A DNA stretch of 54,597 nt from Verrucomicrobiota bacterium (GCA_013288215.1 JABDCI010000008.1:1-54597); one strand, 5' to 3'; counted from the stretch's first letter, positions 9,874 through 19,932 are shown. Notes: a model not told the origin generated them from the sequence alone. Numbers and translations are program-made.

Positions 9874-11978
9874 TGGGTATGGATTCAGCCGCACTGAACG
9901 TGGCTCAAGCCCTTGAAATCGCGCTCGAACACCACCGCAACGACCGGCTGAATGAAGCGGAGAAAATGTACCGCGAAATCCTGCAGGTTCAACCCAAACA
10001 TCCCGATGCCCTTCATCTGCTCGGAGTGATCCGCTATCAGCGTAACGAATACGAGACCGCCATCGATTTTTTTAAGCAAGCTATCGCGGTTAACGCCACC
10101 ATTCCGGACTTCCACCGACATTGCGGTCTGGCATGGCATGGACTTCGGAATTTTGAGCGCGCCATAGAATGCTATCGAAAAGCTCTCAAGCTAAATCCGA
10201 AATATGCCGAGACGCATAACAACCTTGGACACACCTATCGCGATTTGGGAAAACTCGACGAAGCCCGAGCTTGCTATGAAAAAGCCATTCGGTTGAAACC
10301 GGATTCTTATCAGGCCATCAATAATCTCGGAAATATTCATCAGTTTCAGGGGCGGCTTGAAAAAGCGGCGGAGTGCTACCAAAAGGCTCTCCTGATCGAA
10401 CCGAACTTCGCGGAGGGTTACAACAATCTCGGAAACATTCTTCTTTATCAGGGAAAGCCCAATGAAGCGCTGGAGCACTATCAAAAGGCGCTGAAGATCC
10501 ATCCGAACTATCCGGAAGCTCTCCTTAATATCGGGACTCGCTACAAGGACCGTGGCCAGCTTGCCGAAGCCATCCACTATTACAAAAAATCGTTAGAGCT
10601 CCACCCGAGGTTTGTCGGCGCTCACAGTAATCTCGGTGAGATTTTCAAAGAACAGGGACGTCTTCCAGAAGCCATCGAAAGTTTTGAACGCGCCATGGAA
10701 TGCGATCCTTCGTTTCATCAAGCTCATAGCAATCTGCTCTTCGTTCTCGGACATCATCCCGGAGTTCCACCGGAAGCGCTTTTAAAAGAACATATCGGCT
10801 GGGCACGACAACATGCAGACAAGTTCACGACATCCATTCCGCCTCATCGCAATGACGCTCATCCCAACCGTTGTCTTCGCATCGGTTACATTTCCGCCGA
10901 TTTCCGCAAACATGTCGTTGCCAGCAACCTTGAACCCATCCTAGCGGCCCACAACCATCAGGATTTCAAGATTTATTGTTATTCCAATGTTTTAAATCCG
11001 GATGATGTCACTGCGAGCATGCAAAAACTCGCGGATCGCTGGCGTTCCATTGTAGGGATGAGCGATGACAAGGTCGCGGCGCTCATTCGGGAGGACAAGA
11101 TCGACATCCTCATCGAACTCGCCGGCCATACTGCCAACAATCGGCTTCTTGTTTTCGCCCGCAAACCCGCTCCCGTGCAAGTGAGCTACCTCGGATATAC
11201 TGCCACGACAGGGCTTTCGACCATCGACTATCGGCTTACGGATGAATTCGGCGATCCATCTGGAATAACCGAGTGCTTTTACACTGAGAAAATGAAGCGC
11301 GTTCCGGGAAGTGCCATCTGTTATCAACCTCTCACCGAGAGCCCACCCGTTTCCGAATTGCCCGCTCTTGCCAACAACCATGTCACCTTCGGATCATTCA
11401 ATAATCTCACAAAGATCACCCCCGACGTCGTAGCGCTCTGGGCGCAGGTCCTTCAAATCGTGCCAACCGCGAAACTCCTGATGAAAAGCAAGGGATTGAA
11501 CGATGAGATGACACGTCGGATTTTCCTAGCGATGTTCGAACATCACGGGATCGATCCCTCGCGCCTCACGCTGATAGGATGGGAGGCATCTCTTCGCCAG
11601 CACGTGGAAGTTTACCATCGCGTCGACGTGGCACTCGATCCCTTCCCGTTCAATGGCGGCATTACGAGCTTCGAAGCGCTCTGGATGGGCGTCCCTGTTG
11701 TCACGTTGGAGGGAAAGACTTTCGTTTCAAGAATGGGTGTTCGCCTGCTGGAAGGAGTGAAATTCGGGGACCTGATCGCAAAAACTTCGGCCGATTATGT
11801 GCGGATCGCCTCTGAACTGGCGAAGAACCTGTCCCGGTTGCAGCAATTGAGGTTGGAGCTGCGCGACCGGATGCAGCATTCTCCGCTCATGGATGGCGCT
11901 CAGATCACTCGAAATATTGAAATGGTCTACCGCGACATTTGGACTCAATGGTGTGGGAGCCCATCGAGATCGACATAA
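9873..11978 (+). CDS. TPR-repeat SPINDLY-like GT41 glycosyltransferase, copy 2
   Basis: Same architecture and motifs as copy 1 (LRIGYISADF, ELAGHTANNRL, TFGSFNN, LDPFPFNGGITSFEALWMGVP). The ATG overlaps the upstream TGA. Confidence 0.9.
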   Translation: MGMDSAALNVAQALEIALEHHRNDRLNEAEKMYREILQVQPKHPDALHLLGVIRYQRNEYETAIDFFKQAIAVNATIPDFHRHCGLAWHGLRNFERAIECYRKALKLNPKYAETHNNLGHTYRDLGKLDEARACYEKAIRLKPDSYQAINNLGNIHQFQGRLEKAAECYQKALLIEPNFAEGYNNLGNILLYQGKPNEALEHYQKALKIHPNYPEALLNIGTRYKDRGQLAEAIHYYKKSLELHPRFVGAHSNLGEIFKEQGRLPEAIESFERAMECDPSFHQAHSNLLFVLGHHPGVPPEALLKEHIGWARQHADKFTTSIPPHRNDAHPNRCLRIGYISADFRKHVVASNLEPILAAHNHQDFKIYCYSNVLNPDDVTASMQKLADRWRSIVGMSDDKVAALIREDKIDILIELAGHTANNRLLVFARKPAPVQVSYLGYTATTGLSTIDYRLTDEFGDPSGITECFYTEKMKRVPGSAICYQPLTESPPVSELPALANNHVTFGSFNNLTKITPDVVALWAQVLQIVPTAKLLMKSKGLNDEMTRRIFLAMFEHHGIDPSRLTLIGWEASLRQHVEVYHRVDVALDPFPFNGGITSFEALWMGVPVVTLEGKTFVSRMGVRLLEGVKFGDLIAKTSADYVRIASELAKNLSRLQQLRLELRDRMQHSPLMDGAQITRNIEMVYRDIWTQWCGSPSRST

Positions 11979-12043
11979 AGGACGAAAGATATGCCATATT
12001 TCGGAAAACTCGGGCGCAACGTTCGCCCTCTCCTTGTCATGCT

Positions 12044-12538
12044 CTACAAGGTTTTCCCATTTGAACTCCGCGCATTCGCATGTGTCATCGCAATAGCCAA
12101 GGCGTCCGCCGCGTCCGGTTCCGGTGTTTGACTGAGGCTCAGGAGAGCTCGCACCATGAATCCAATTTGTGATTTTTTTGCTCCGCCAAGACCGACAACG
12201 CTTTGTTTGACGCGGCGCGGGGCGTATTCGTAAATCTCAAGGCCGGCCTCCGCCGCTGCAAGGATTGCCGCACCTCGGGCCTGCCCCATGGTAATGGCCG
12301 TCTTCACGTTTTGCGCATAGATCAAGCCCTCGATGGCAACCACGGTGGGGGCGTAAGTTCGAATCAAACTGGCGATCTGCTCCCGGATCATGACAAGGCA
12401 TGCCGAAGGCAGCACGGAAGGCTTGTTGCGGATCACTCCAAACGCGGATGCGCGAAGCTGACTTCCTTCTGTCAGAAGAATGCCCCATCCCGTTCCTCTT
12501 AAGGAAGGATCGATGCCGAGAATAATCTGGCCGGGCAT
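12044..12538 (-). CDS. ruvC: Crossover junction endodeoxyribonuclease RuvC
   Basis: IILGIDPSLRGTGWG, AIEGL, GQARGA, EYAPRRVKQSVVG, DAADALAIA. Start set at MPGQIILG. Confidence 0.95.
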   Translation of the reverse strand: MPGQIILGIDPSLRGTGWGILLTEGSQLRASAFGVIRNKPSVLPSACLVMIREQIASLIRTYAPTVVAIEGLIYAQNVKTAITMGQARGAAILAAAEAGLEIYEYAPRRVKQSVVGLGGAKKSQIGFMVRALLSLSQTPEPDAADALAIAMTHANARSSNGKTL

Positions 12539-12546
12539 GGAAACCT

Positions 12547-13116
12547 CTATCGCTTCAACTGCAGAAAATTCTTCAGGATCGTTTTTCCGTGCTGCGTCAG
12601 GATCGACTCCGGATGAAACTGAACCCCCCAAATAGGATGTTCTTTGTGACGCAATCCCATAATTTCCTTTTCATCGGTTTCCGCGGTGATCTTGAGACAA
12701 TCAGGAAACGTTTCGCGCTTCACAACAAGCGAATGATAGCGCGTGGCTTCAAACGGATTGGGCAATCCCTGAAACAAATCCTGGGAATCGTGCTGAATGA
12801 ACGACGTCTTTCCATGCATCATACGATAGTTCTGGATCACATTTCCGCCGAAAACATGGCCAATGCATTGATGGCCCAGGCAGACACCCAGGAGCGGGAC
12901 AGTGGGGCCGAAGGTCCGAATGATGTCATTGGAAAGGCCGGCTTCATTGGGCGAGCAAGGTCCTGGTGAAATCACAATACGCTCGGGTTTCATGGCATGG
13001 ATCTCATCGAGGGTAAGCTGATCGTTGCGTTTGACAGCCATTTCGCATCCCATTTCACCAAAATATTGGACCAAATTATAAGTAAAACTGTCGTAATTAT
13101 CGATGATGAGGAGCAT
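12547..13116 (-). CDS. Anthranilate/aminodeoxychorismate synthase component II (glutamine amidotransferase, TrpG/PabA)
   Basis: [40 protein letters not shown]. Confidence 0.95.
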   Translation of the reverse strand: MLLIIDNYDSFTYNLVQYFGEMGCEMAVKRNDQLTLDEIHAMKPERIVISPGPCSPNEAGLSNDIIRTFGPTVPLLGVCLGHQCIGHVFGGNVIQNYRMMHGKTSFIQHDSQDLFQGLPNPFEATRYHSLVVKRETFPDCLKITAETDEKEIMGLRHKEHPIWGVQFHPESILTQHGKTILKNFLQLKR

Positions 13117-13227
13117 GGAAAATTAAATCGGTCGTGAAGCCCAGTTTAATTCAAGCAATCCTTTGATTCAAAAGGATAATGAGGGCTTTATCGAGCAGAC
13201 ACGACATGTTAGAACGAAGGCTGTCGC

Positions 13228-14310
13228 ATGCAACTGCACGAAAATCGCTTTTTCAAGTGTTTCAGCGACACCGGAGTCCAACGACTGCTCGCGCACGTTC
13301 ATGAAACATCGTTTCTTCATCCTACCATCCTGTTCGAAGAAGGACAGCCTTCAGACGGCGTCTTTCTCGTCCTCGAGGGAATTGTCCGCTTGAGCAAAAA
13401 CGCGGAAGGCCGTGGCCTCGTTGATATTGCAACGGTGCATGCGGGAGATTACTTCGGCGAATTAGGTGTGATCGATAGTTCGCCACGCAACGCACGCGCG
13501 GCATGTTATGGTCCGACGCGCCTCGCAGTGATCTCCAATACGCTCGTATTGGATACGCTCAATCAGGAACCCGTTAAGGCTTCGCTCAAGCTTTTCGGGA
13601 ATGTGCTGCAGCATTTACGGTCTGCGAATGAGCGCTTCATCACGGAAATTGCCAAGAAGGAAAAAATGCAGACGGTGGGGGAGATGGCCAGCAAGATCAT
13701 CCACGATTTCAAGACTCCCGTCGCCACGATCCAGCTCGCCACCACCTTGATTCTCAAAACAACACCCGATCCGGCCGTGCATGCGAAGTGCGACACCATC
13801 CAGCAGGAAACGTTTCAGATCGTCGCGATGGTTCAGGAATTGCTCGAATTCGCAAAGGGAGAATCGGCGTGCAAGCTGGAAGCCATTCCGGTAAGCCGCC
13901 TTTTCGAGAATTTTCGAACTTTGAACGAAGATCTCCTTGTGCAAAAGAAGGTGAAACTCACCATGCGGCCGATCGATGCTTCCATTCGAATCGATTTGCA
14001 CGCAATGCTTCGGGTCCTTCGAAACCTGATGAGCAATGCGCTAGAAGTCGTTCCTAAAGATGCCGGAGAGTTGTGGCTGGAAGCCTTTGACCGAGGATCT
14101 TTCATCGAAATTTCGTTCCGCGACAATGGACCTGGCATACCTGCAGCCATCCAGCACACCCTCTTCGATCCATTTGTTACCGTCGGGAAGAAGAATGGAA
14201 TTGGCCTCGGGTTGGCGATTGTCAAATCTGTGATCGAATCGCACCAAGGAGAAGTTTCTTTCGAGTCCAGCGGAAAGGGCGCATCCTTCCACATCCGCCT
14301 CAAGAAATAG
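13228..14310 (+). CDS. Cyclic-nucleotide-binding sensor histidine kinase
   Basis: cNMP domain (LFEEG, GDYFGELG, PRNARA), H-box IIHDFKTP, and N/G boxes (NLMSNA, DNGPGI, GLGLAI). Confidence 0.9.
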   Translation: MQLHENRFFKCFSDTGVQRLLAHVHETSFLHPTILFEEGQPSDGVFLVLEGIVRLSKNAEGRGLVDIATVHAGDYFGELGVIDSSPRNARAACYGPTRLAVISNTLVLDTLNQEPVKASLKLFGNVLQHLRSANERFITEIAKKEKMQTVGEMASKIIHDFKTPVATIQLATTLILKTTPDPAVHAKCDTIQQETFQIVAMVQELLEFAKGESACKLEAIPVSRLFENFRTLNEDLLVQKKVKLTMRPIDASIRIDLHAMLRVLRNLMSNALEVVPKDAGELWLEAFDRGSFIEISFRDNGPGIPAAIQHTLFDPFVTVGKKNGIGLGLAIVKSVIESHQGEVSFESSGKGASFHIRLKK

Positions 14311-14463
14311 CACGCGTCTTGCGGAAATGGACCCATTTTTTGAAAAACACCCCCTCATCGTCCCGACATGCTCCCTTGGGAAGGCATCCACGAATGCTAT
14401 TGACGAAAGCTCCCACTCGACGCATGTTAGAAGGGCATTGTTGACATCAACGAGGTTCATTTG

Positions 14464-14718
14464 ATGGATCCCGATCCTGTAACGCCTAAAAGCAAAGATT
14501 CGGGTAAGTGGGAAGAAAATCTTTTGCAGAAATCCGCCCTTTACAAGGAATTCCAGGCTGAACGCGAGGAAATCCTCAGGCATAAGTGGATCGAGAGCGA
14601 AAAAGCGGGGTATGACATCGGTTTTGAGCGTGCTCTGCTGGATTGGATCGTCCGTTTTCGCACCAACTGGCGTAAAAGCCGAAAAGGCCAAACCTCAACA
14701 CCCTCTTCACGTTCCTGA
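14464..14718 (+). CDS. DUF4032-like small protein
   Basis: SALYKEFQAEREEILRHKWIESEKAGYDIGFERALLDW matches the recalled family pattern. Confidence 0.75.
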   Translation: MDPDPVTPKSKDSGKWEENLLQKSALYKEFQAEREEILRHKWIESEKAGYDIGFERALLDWIVRFRTNWRKSRKGQTSTPSSRS

Positions 14719-14729
14719 CAATTTTTTCC

Positions 14730-14764
14730 AACCTTGAATTTGGTCCTGCGAGGCCAGAAAGGTT
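14730..14764 (+). promoter_or_regulatory. PyrR-binding stem-loop overlapping the pyrR Shine-Dalgarno sequence
   Basis: AACCTT-GAATT-TGGTC-CTGCGA-GGCCA-GA-AAGGTT. The lower stem is AACCTT/AAGGTT and the upper stem is closed by a CNGNGA hexaloop, matching the PyrR consensus UCCNGNGAGGY. It ends immediately before the pyrR ATG at 14765. Confidence 0.8.
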
Positions 14765-15319
14765 ATGACTGTTATCCTTAATTCCGAAGCCATGCAGCGC
14801 GCCCTCTCGCGCATGGCCCATGAAATCCTCGAGCATCACGACTCGATCGACCAGCTGGTCCTGATTGGTCTCCAAACCCGCGGCGTCTTTCTGGCGCGCC
14901 GCCTCGCCTGCAAGATCTTCGAAATCACGAATCGCGAGATTGCCGTGGGCACACTCGACATTTCCATGTACCGGGATGATCTGGATCTTCGTGGAAATCC
15001 CCCCATGGTCAAAAACACGGACATCTCGTTCGATCTCAACGCAAAACAGGTGGTGCTTGTCGACGATGTCCTTTTCACCGGCCGCTCGGCACGCGCCGCG
15101 ATGGACGCCATCTCCGACCTCGGGCGCCCCCAACGCATCCAGTTGGCCGTTCTCATCGACCGGGGGCACCGCGAGTTGCCAATCCGCGCCGACTACGTGG
15201 GGAAAAATGTGCCGACTTCGCGCAAAGAACGCATTCACGTGCGTTTGAAAGAAGAAGATGGCGAAGACCTCGTCACGCTTCAAAAAGAAGGATTTAAGCC
15301 AACAGCCGAGGATTCCTAA
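14765..15319 (+). CDS. pyrR: Bifunctional pyr operon regulator / uracil phosphoribosyltransferase
   Basis: [51 protein letters not shown]. Confidence 0.97.
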   Translation: MTVILNSEAMQRALSRMAHEILEHHDSIDQLVLIGLQTRGVFLARRLACKIFEITNREIAVGTLDISMYRDDLDLRGNPPMVKNTDISFDLNAKQVVLVDDVLFTGRSARAAMDAISDLGRPQRIQLAVLIDRGHRELPIRADYVGKNVPTSRKERIHVRLKEEDGEDLVTLQKEGFKPTAEDS

Positions 15320-15334
15320 CCGACATTTTTTTCT

Positions 15335-16273
15335 ATGCTCTGGACACGCAAACATCTACTCACGATCGAGGAGCTCAGTCCTGAGGAAATCACGCATATC
15401 ATCGATACCGCCGCCTCATTTAAGGAGGTCTCCACGCGCACGATCAAGAAAGTCCCGGCCCTTCGTGGCAAGACCGTCGTCAGCCTCTTCATGGAACCGA
15501 GTACGCGCACACGCGTCTCCTTCGAGCTCGCCGCCAAGCGGCTCTCTGCAGACACACTCAGTATTACCGCCCAGGCTTCGAGCATCACGAAGGGTGAGAC
15601 GCTGAAAGATACTGCGCGTAATATCGAGGCGATGAACGCGGACTTTGTCGTGTTGCGACATTCTGCTGCGGGGTCGCCGCGTTTCCTTGCAGAACGGCTC
15701 AATGCAAGCATCGTCAATGCCGGGGACGGCGCGCACGAACATCCCACGCAAGCCCTGCTCGATATCTTTACGATCCGTGAAAAACTTGGCAGAATTTCCG
15801 GCCTCAATGTCCTGATTCTCGGGGATATCCTCTTCAGCCGCGTGGCGCGATCGAATATCTGGGCTCTCACCAAGCTTGGCGCGAATGTCACGCTTTGCGG
15901 CCCAACCACGCTTGTCCCTGATATCTTCAAAGAACTCGGAGTCAAAATCACAACCAATCTTGATGATGCTTTAAGGGAAGCGGATGTGATCAATCTCCTG
16001 CGGATCCAACATGAACGCCAACGCAAAAGCTTCTTCCCTAACATCGGCGAATACAAACTGATGTTCGGCCTCAGCAACGAGCGATTCCTCATGACAAGAC
16101 CCGAAGTGCTTATCATGCATCCTGGACCGATCAACCGCGGCGTGGAAATCGCCAGTGAAGTGGCCGACTGCCCTCGCAGCGTCATTCTGGAGCAGGTCAC
16201 CAATGGTCTTGCGGTGCGCATGGCGGTCCTCTTTCTGCTCAACGGGGTTCAACCCGTCGCCACCGAGACTTGA
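15335..16273 (+). CDS. pyrB: Aspartate carbamoyltransferase catalytic subunit
   Basis: EPSTRTR, KGETL, NAGDGAHEHPTQ, RIQHER, MHPGP. Confidence 0.97.
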   Translation: MLWTRKHLLTIEELSPEEITHIIDTAASFKEVSTRTIKKVPALRGKTVVSLFMEPSTRTRVSFELAAKRLSADTLSITAQASSITKGETLKDTARNIEAMNADFVVLRHSAAGSPRFLAERLNASIVNAGDGAHEHPTQALLDIFTIREKLGRISGLNVLILGDILFSRVARSNIWALTKLGANVTLCGPTTLVPDIFKELGVKITTNLDDALREADVINLLRIQHERQRKSFFPNIGEYKLMFGLSNERFLMTRPEVLIMHPGPINRGVEIASEVADCPRSVILEQVTNGLAVRMAVLFLLNGVQPVATET

Positions 16274-16354
16274 ACCATGACGTCCGTCTGGTTTTGAGGT
16301 TCGATCCAGCATTGACCGGAGACCAAAACCGGAGTTAGATGGAACAACGCTCGC

Positions 16355-17386
16355 ATGACCGTTCCCGCTTCGCCTTCCACTTCTTCCGTATTCTGTAATT
16401 CCGGGCTGAATGACCTCCTTCAGGCTGTTTCTGCACATTTTGACGAAACCGCTTCAGCAGACACCTTCGTCGGCGAATGGACGTGGCAAAAAATTAATCA
16501 TGGCGGATCGGATCGCGAATTTTACCGCGTCACGCATGATCAAGAAAAATGGATCGTGATGCACTACTCTCCCGTCCGCGAGGAGAATAGTTTGTACGCG
16601 GATATCGCGCAGTTTCTCCGCAAATCGCGCATCAATGTGCCAAAGCTCGTCCATCATGATGCCTCGAAAAATTTAATCATCCTCGAGGATCTGGGGGATC
16701 TCAGTCTTCACGCGGTCTTTCACCAGAACCCAACATCGCCCGGTATCGAAACGCTTTATTCAAAGGCGCTGGATCAAATCCATCTCCTTCACGCGCAATC
16801 TCAATCCCCGGTTAAAATGATGCCAGGGTTCGACGAGAAATTATACCGTTGGGAGCGCACCTATTTCCTCGATAATCTCGTGGAGCGCTTCGCCGGCATT
16901 ACCCTTTTGCCTGATGAACGCGCAGAGATCGAACTCGAATGCGAACAATTTGCCCGCGAACTTCTTAAGGAGCCTCTCTGTCTCATCCATCGTGACTTTC
17001 AATCGCAAAACCTCATGGTCCGAAATGACGAAATCTGGCTGATCGATTTTCAAGGCATGCGCTTCGGACATGCGGCCTATGACGTGGCTTCCCTCCTATA
17101 CGATCCCTATGTTGCGCTCTCTCCCCAGCAACGGCGCAATCTTTTGAAGCACTCTATCTCGATCGGCCAGCGCAACGACCGTTTCGAAGAAATATTTTAC
17201 CGCGCCGCAGCTCAACGCCTGATGCAGGCGCTAGGCGCCTACGGATTTCTCGGCCTCGTCAAAGGCAAACGGGCCTTTCTTCAGCATATCCCTCAAGGAC
17301 TTCACAACCTGATGGAAGCCTTCGCACAATTGGGGTCTTGTCCCCACACAGCACGTCTGCTCCGGCGAATCGAAAGCGGTAAATAA
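16355..17386 (+). CDS. Aminoglycoside-phosphotransferase-family kinase (AmgK-like anomeric sugar kinase)
   Basis: GGSDREFYR, LEDLGD, HRDFQSQNLM, IDFQG, YDVASLLYDPY, QRLMQALGAYGFL. Confidence 0.8.
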   Translation: MTVPASPSTSSVFCNSGLNDLLQAVSAHFDETASADTFVGEWTWQKINHGGSDREFYRVTHDQEKWIVMHYSPVREENSLYADIAQFLRKSRINVPKLVHHDASKNLIILEDLGDLSLHAVFHQNPTSPGIETLYSKALDQIHLLHAQSQSPVKMMPGFDEKLYRWERTYFLDNLVERFAGITLLPDERAEIELECEQFARELLKEPLCLIHRDFQSQNLMVRNDEIWLIDFQGMRFGHAAYDVASLLYDPYVALSPQQRRNLLKHSISIGQRNDRFEEIFYRAAAQRLMQALGAYGFLGLVKGKRAFLQHIPQGLHNLMEAFAQLGSCPHTARLLRRIESGK

Positions 17387-17408
17387 TCCTTTCCTCTGAC
17401 GGCCACGT

Positions 17409-17597
17409 ATGGAACGTAGGACCTTTCAACTCGGAGATTGGATCATGAAGCAGGGAGAGCTCGGCTGCACGGCGGGCGTGATCGATGACAAACCGCGTTC
17501 TGCGTCGGTGCGCGCTTTAGAGACCACAGAAGTCGATTTGCGATTGGGCGCGGATAAGAGCCTCTATCAGTTTCAGGTAAAACTGAACACATGTTGA
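17409..17597 (+). pseudogene. Internally deleted cNMP-binding domain remnant
   Basis: RTFQLGDWIMKQGELG is joined directly to GVIDDKPRSASVRALETTEV. Both ends of a cNMP beta-barrel are present and the middle is missing. Confidence 0.6.
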
Positions 17598-17641
17598 AAC
17601 GTTTTTGCCTTCTCCTCGCCTTTGGGCAACATTAATTCGCT

Positions 17642-18484
17642 ATGATCAAGACCATTCTACTCTGCATTGACGGATCGAAATATTCCGAGACAGCAACTCA
17701 CACAGCCATCTGGCTCGCGAAAACATTGAAAGTCCAGCTCCACGTCCTCAGTGTCGCGGATTCCCGCATGCTCGAAGGTCCCTGGCTCGCCGATCTTTCC
17801 GGCCTCACAGGCGTGCAGCCTTTCCAGGCGTTCGTTCCACAAATGCGGGAGATTTACGAAAAAAAAGCTCGTTCCGTGGTCGAAATCGCTGCCGCCCTCG
17901 CGCGCAAAGAAGACGTTTCATGCGAAACAGAGGTGCGGCAAGGCATTCTCGTCGATGAAATTTTGGATGCGGAGCGCAATGCGGAACTCGTCGTGATGGG
18001 CCAACGCGGCGAAGGATTTGAGGCTACGGGTGAATGGCTTGGTTCCAACGTGGAGCGTGTGGTTCGCAAATCGATCAAACCCTGTCTGGTGACCCCCTCG
18101 GAATTTCGTCCCATCAAAGGGATCCTTGCCGCTTATGACGGAAGCGAACATGCGAACCATGCCCTTTACATCGGCACCGAATTGGCCAAGGCATTGAAGT
18201 CAAAACTAGCCATCCTCGCCGTCGAGAGTTCCACCAACGAAGAAGAAAAGTCATGGGCGCTGAAAGAAGGCGTTGAAATCGCCTCGAAGCAGGGCGTCAA
18301 CGCCCTCCCCATGGCACTCCATGGTTCGCCCGAAGAAAAAATCCTCGAGGTCGCCGCGGCGCAACATTATGACCTGATCGTGATGGGCGCCTACGGCCAC
18401 ACGCGCCTGCGCGAGCTAGTCCTCGGCAGTGTGACAAGTCACGTCATCCGCAAAAGCTCTGTCGCCGTGCTCTTGGCAAGATGA
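17642..18484 (+). CDS. Tandem-domain universal stress protein
   Basis: ILLCIDGS...LVVMGQRG...LGSNVERVVR, then ILAAYDGS...DLIVMGAYGH...LGSVTSHVIR. Confidence 0.93.
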   Translation: MIKTILLCIDGSKYSETATHTAIWLAKTLKVQLHVLSVADSRMLEGPWLADLSGLTGVQPFQAFVPQMREIYEKKARSVVEIAAALARKEDVSCETEVRQGILVDEILDAERNAELVVMGQRGEGFEATGEWLGSNVERVVRKSIKPCLVTPSEFRPIKGILAAYDGSEHANHALYIGTELAKALKSKLAILAVESSTNEEEKSWALKEGVEIASKQGVNALPMALHGSPEEKILEVAAAQHYDLIVMGAYGHTRLRELVLGSVTSHVIRKSSVAVLLAR

Positions 18485-18499
18485 CGAAGATGCCCGTTG

Positions 18500-18595
18500 C
18501 TACTTTTTCTTCTTCGTTTTGGAAGCTTGCTTCCTGCGCTTGAGGTAAGCTTTGCGGCGCTGACGTTTGATGCCCTTGTTGTATTGCTTGCTCAT
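18500..18595 (-). CDS. 31-aa highly basic small protein
   Basis: MSKQYNKGIKRQRRKAYLKRRKQASKTKKKK, the C-terminal part of the 108-aa track ORF, lying in an otherwise free intergenic gap. Confidence 0.65.
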   Translation of the reverse strand: MSKQYNKGIKRQRRKAYLKRRKQASKTKKKK

Positions 18596-18605
18596 ATGGG
18601 GAGAA

Positions 18606-18640
18606 AGAAGACAGAAGTCGGAGGGAAGAAGCCAGAAGAT
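18606..18640. repeat. Short degenerate heptamer tandem repeat
   Basis: AGAAGAC AGAAGTC GGAGGGA AGAAGCC AGAAGAT (5 x 7 nt), just upstream of the small basic ORF. Confidence 0.55.
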
Positions 18641-18680
18641 TTTGCTCTTATACTCCAAGGGGCGTGCCGTCGCCGCCAAG

Positions 18681-19919
18681 CTAGGCAAATGGATGGAACG
18701 CCGACAGTGGAAGCGGCGGAGCCACGTCTCCCGCGGAAATCTCGCGAACGATCTGCAGCCCCAGCAGAAGGATGGAAAGAATCGGGATCGCCAGAAACAT
18801 CCCCCACGCGCCCGCAACGCTTTCACCTACGAGCACGGCGGCGATGACGAGCACCGCGTGCAGATGGTGGCTGCGTCCGTAAATCGTCGGAATAAACACA
18901 AAATCATCACACAACCGGCTCACCACGCAAATTCCAAAGTAGCCAAGAGCGACGTGCGAGGACTTGTCGACATCCATCGTGCCAATCGTAATGATGAGCC
19001 CGAGCGCCGTATACAGAGCGGGACCAAGCAGCGGCATGCTGTTGAGGATGAAAGCAGCCAGTCCAAGCACTACCGGATAAGGCACTCCCAAAAAATGACT
19101 TCCCAACCCCACCATGGTTCCGACAAGCGTGCAATCCAGGAGCATGTTTTGAAGATATGACTGCATGCGCCGATTCAACTCATAGAAAAATTTAAGGGCG
19201 GGTTCGAAATAACGATTGGGAATCCACTCGATCAGGTTCTTTTTGAAAGTCCTCCCATCCTTCAAAAAGAAAAAGGTGAAATAGGAGATCAATAGAAAAT
19301 TGGCAAAAAGGCTCGCGACCTTCTTCGCCATGTCGAACGCCCTGGACATGATTTGCTGCCGCACAAAACTCTCGATATCCTGAGTAAGTTTGCGTTTCGA
19401 AGGCGCGGAAGTCGGCGCAGGCAGAGGCTTTGCATGACTCTCATTTTTTTCGGACTTCGCCGAATGTTCAAGAAGATGAGGATCACCGTCAACAAGACGC
19501 TGGATGAGCGGAATTTGCTCCTCCGCAAAAACAATCACCTTCTCCACCGTCTGCACGATGTTTTTCTGGAACATGTCGAGGTCCACCTCCTCGCGAATGG
19601 ACGAGCTGAAACTCATGATGCGAAGCCAGACCAAATAAAACAGAAAAAAGAGGCTTAACAGCACAAGTGCCGTGCCAGCGCTCCGCCGGATGGAATGTGT
19701 TTCCAGAAAATCGACGACCGGATTCAGAAGATAATAAAGACCGACGGAAACAATCAACGAACTGAAAAGAATCGGGACGGCGTGATACAAAAACCAGAGG
19801 ACAGCGAGACATAAGACGGGCAGACCGAGCTTCACCCATTTGCTGAAACGCCGACCTTGAAAGACGATCTGGTGCGGATGATTGTCCGCTCTTAACATCT
19901 TAAGATGACTGATCGGCAT
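18681..19919 (-). CDS. AI-2E family transporter
   Basis: YYLLNPVVDFLE, TFFFLKDG, MPLLGP, LHAVLVIAAVLVGESVAGAWGMFLAIP. Confidence 0.9.
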   Translation of the reverse strand: MPISHLKMLRADNHPHQIVFQGRRFSKWVKLGLPVLCLAVLWFLYHAVPILFSSLIVSVGLYYLLNPVVDFLETHSIRRSAGTALVLLSLFFLFYLVWLRIMSFSSSIREEVDLDMFQKNIVQTVEKVIVFAEEQIPLIQRLVDGDPHLLEHSAKSEKNESHAKPLPAPTSAPSKRKLTQDIESFVRQQIMSRAFDMAKKVASLFANFLLISYFTFFFLKDGRTFKKNLIEWIPNRYFEPALKFFYELNRRMQSYLQNMLLDCTLVGTMVGLGSHFLGVPYPVVLGLAAFILNSMPLLGPALYTALGLIITIGTMDVDKSSHVALGYFGICVVSRLCDDFVFIPTIYGRSHHLHAVLVIAAVLVGESVAGAWGMFLAIPILSILLLGLQIVREISAGDVAPPLPLSAFHPFA

Positions 19920-19932
19920 GAGATCCCAACCT

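Noticed and set aside
14041-16242. Long minus-strand ORFs (216-308 aa) opposite the kinase, pyrR and pyrB
   Set aside because: Antisense shadows of clearly identified genes. The same applies to 23303-24259, 24500-25309 and 49231-49995.
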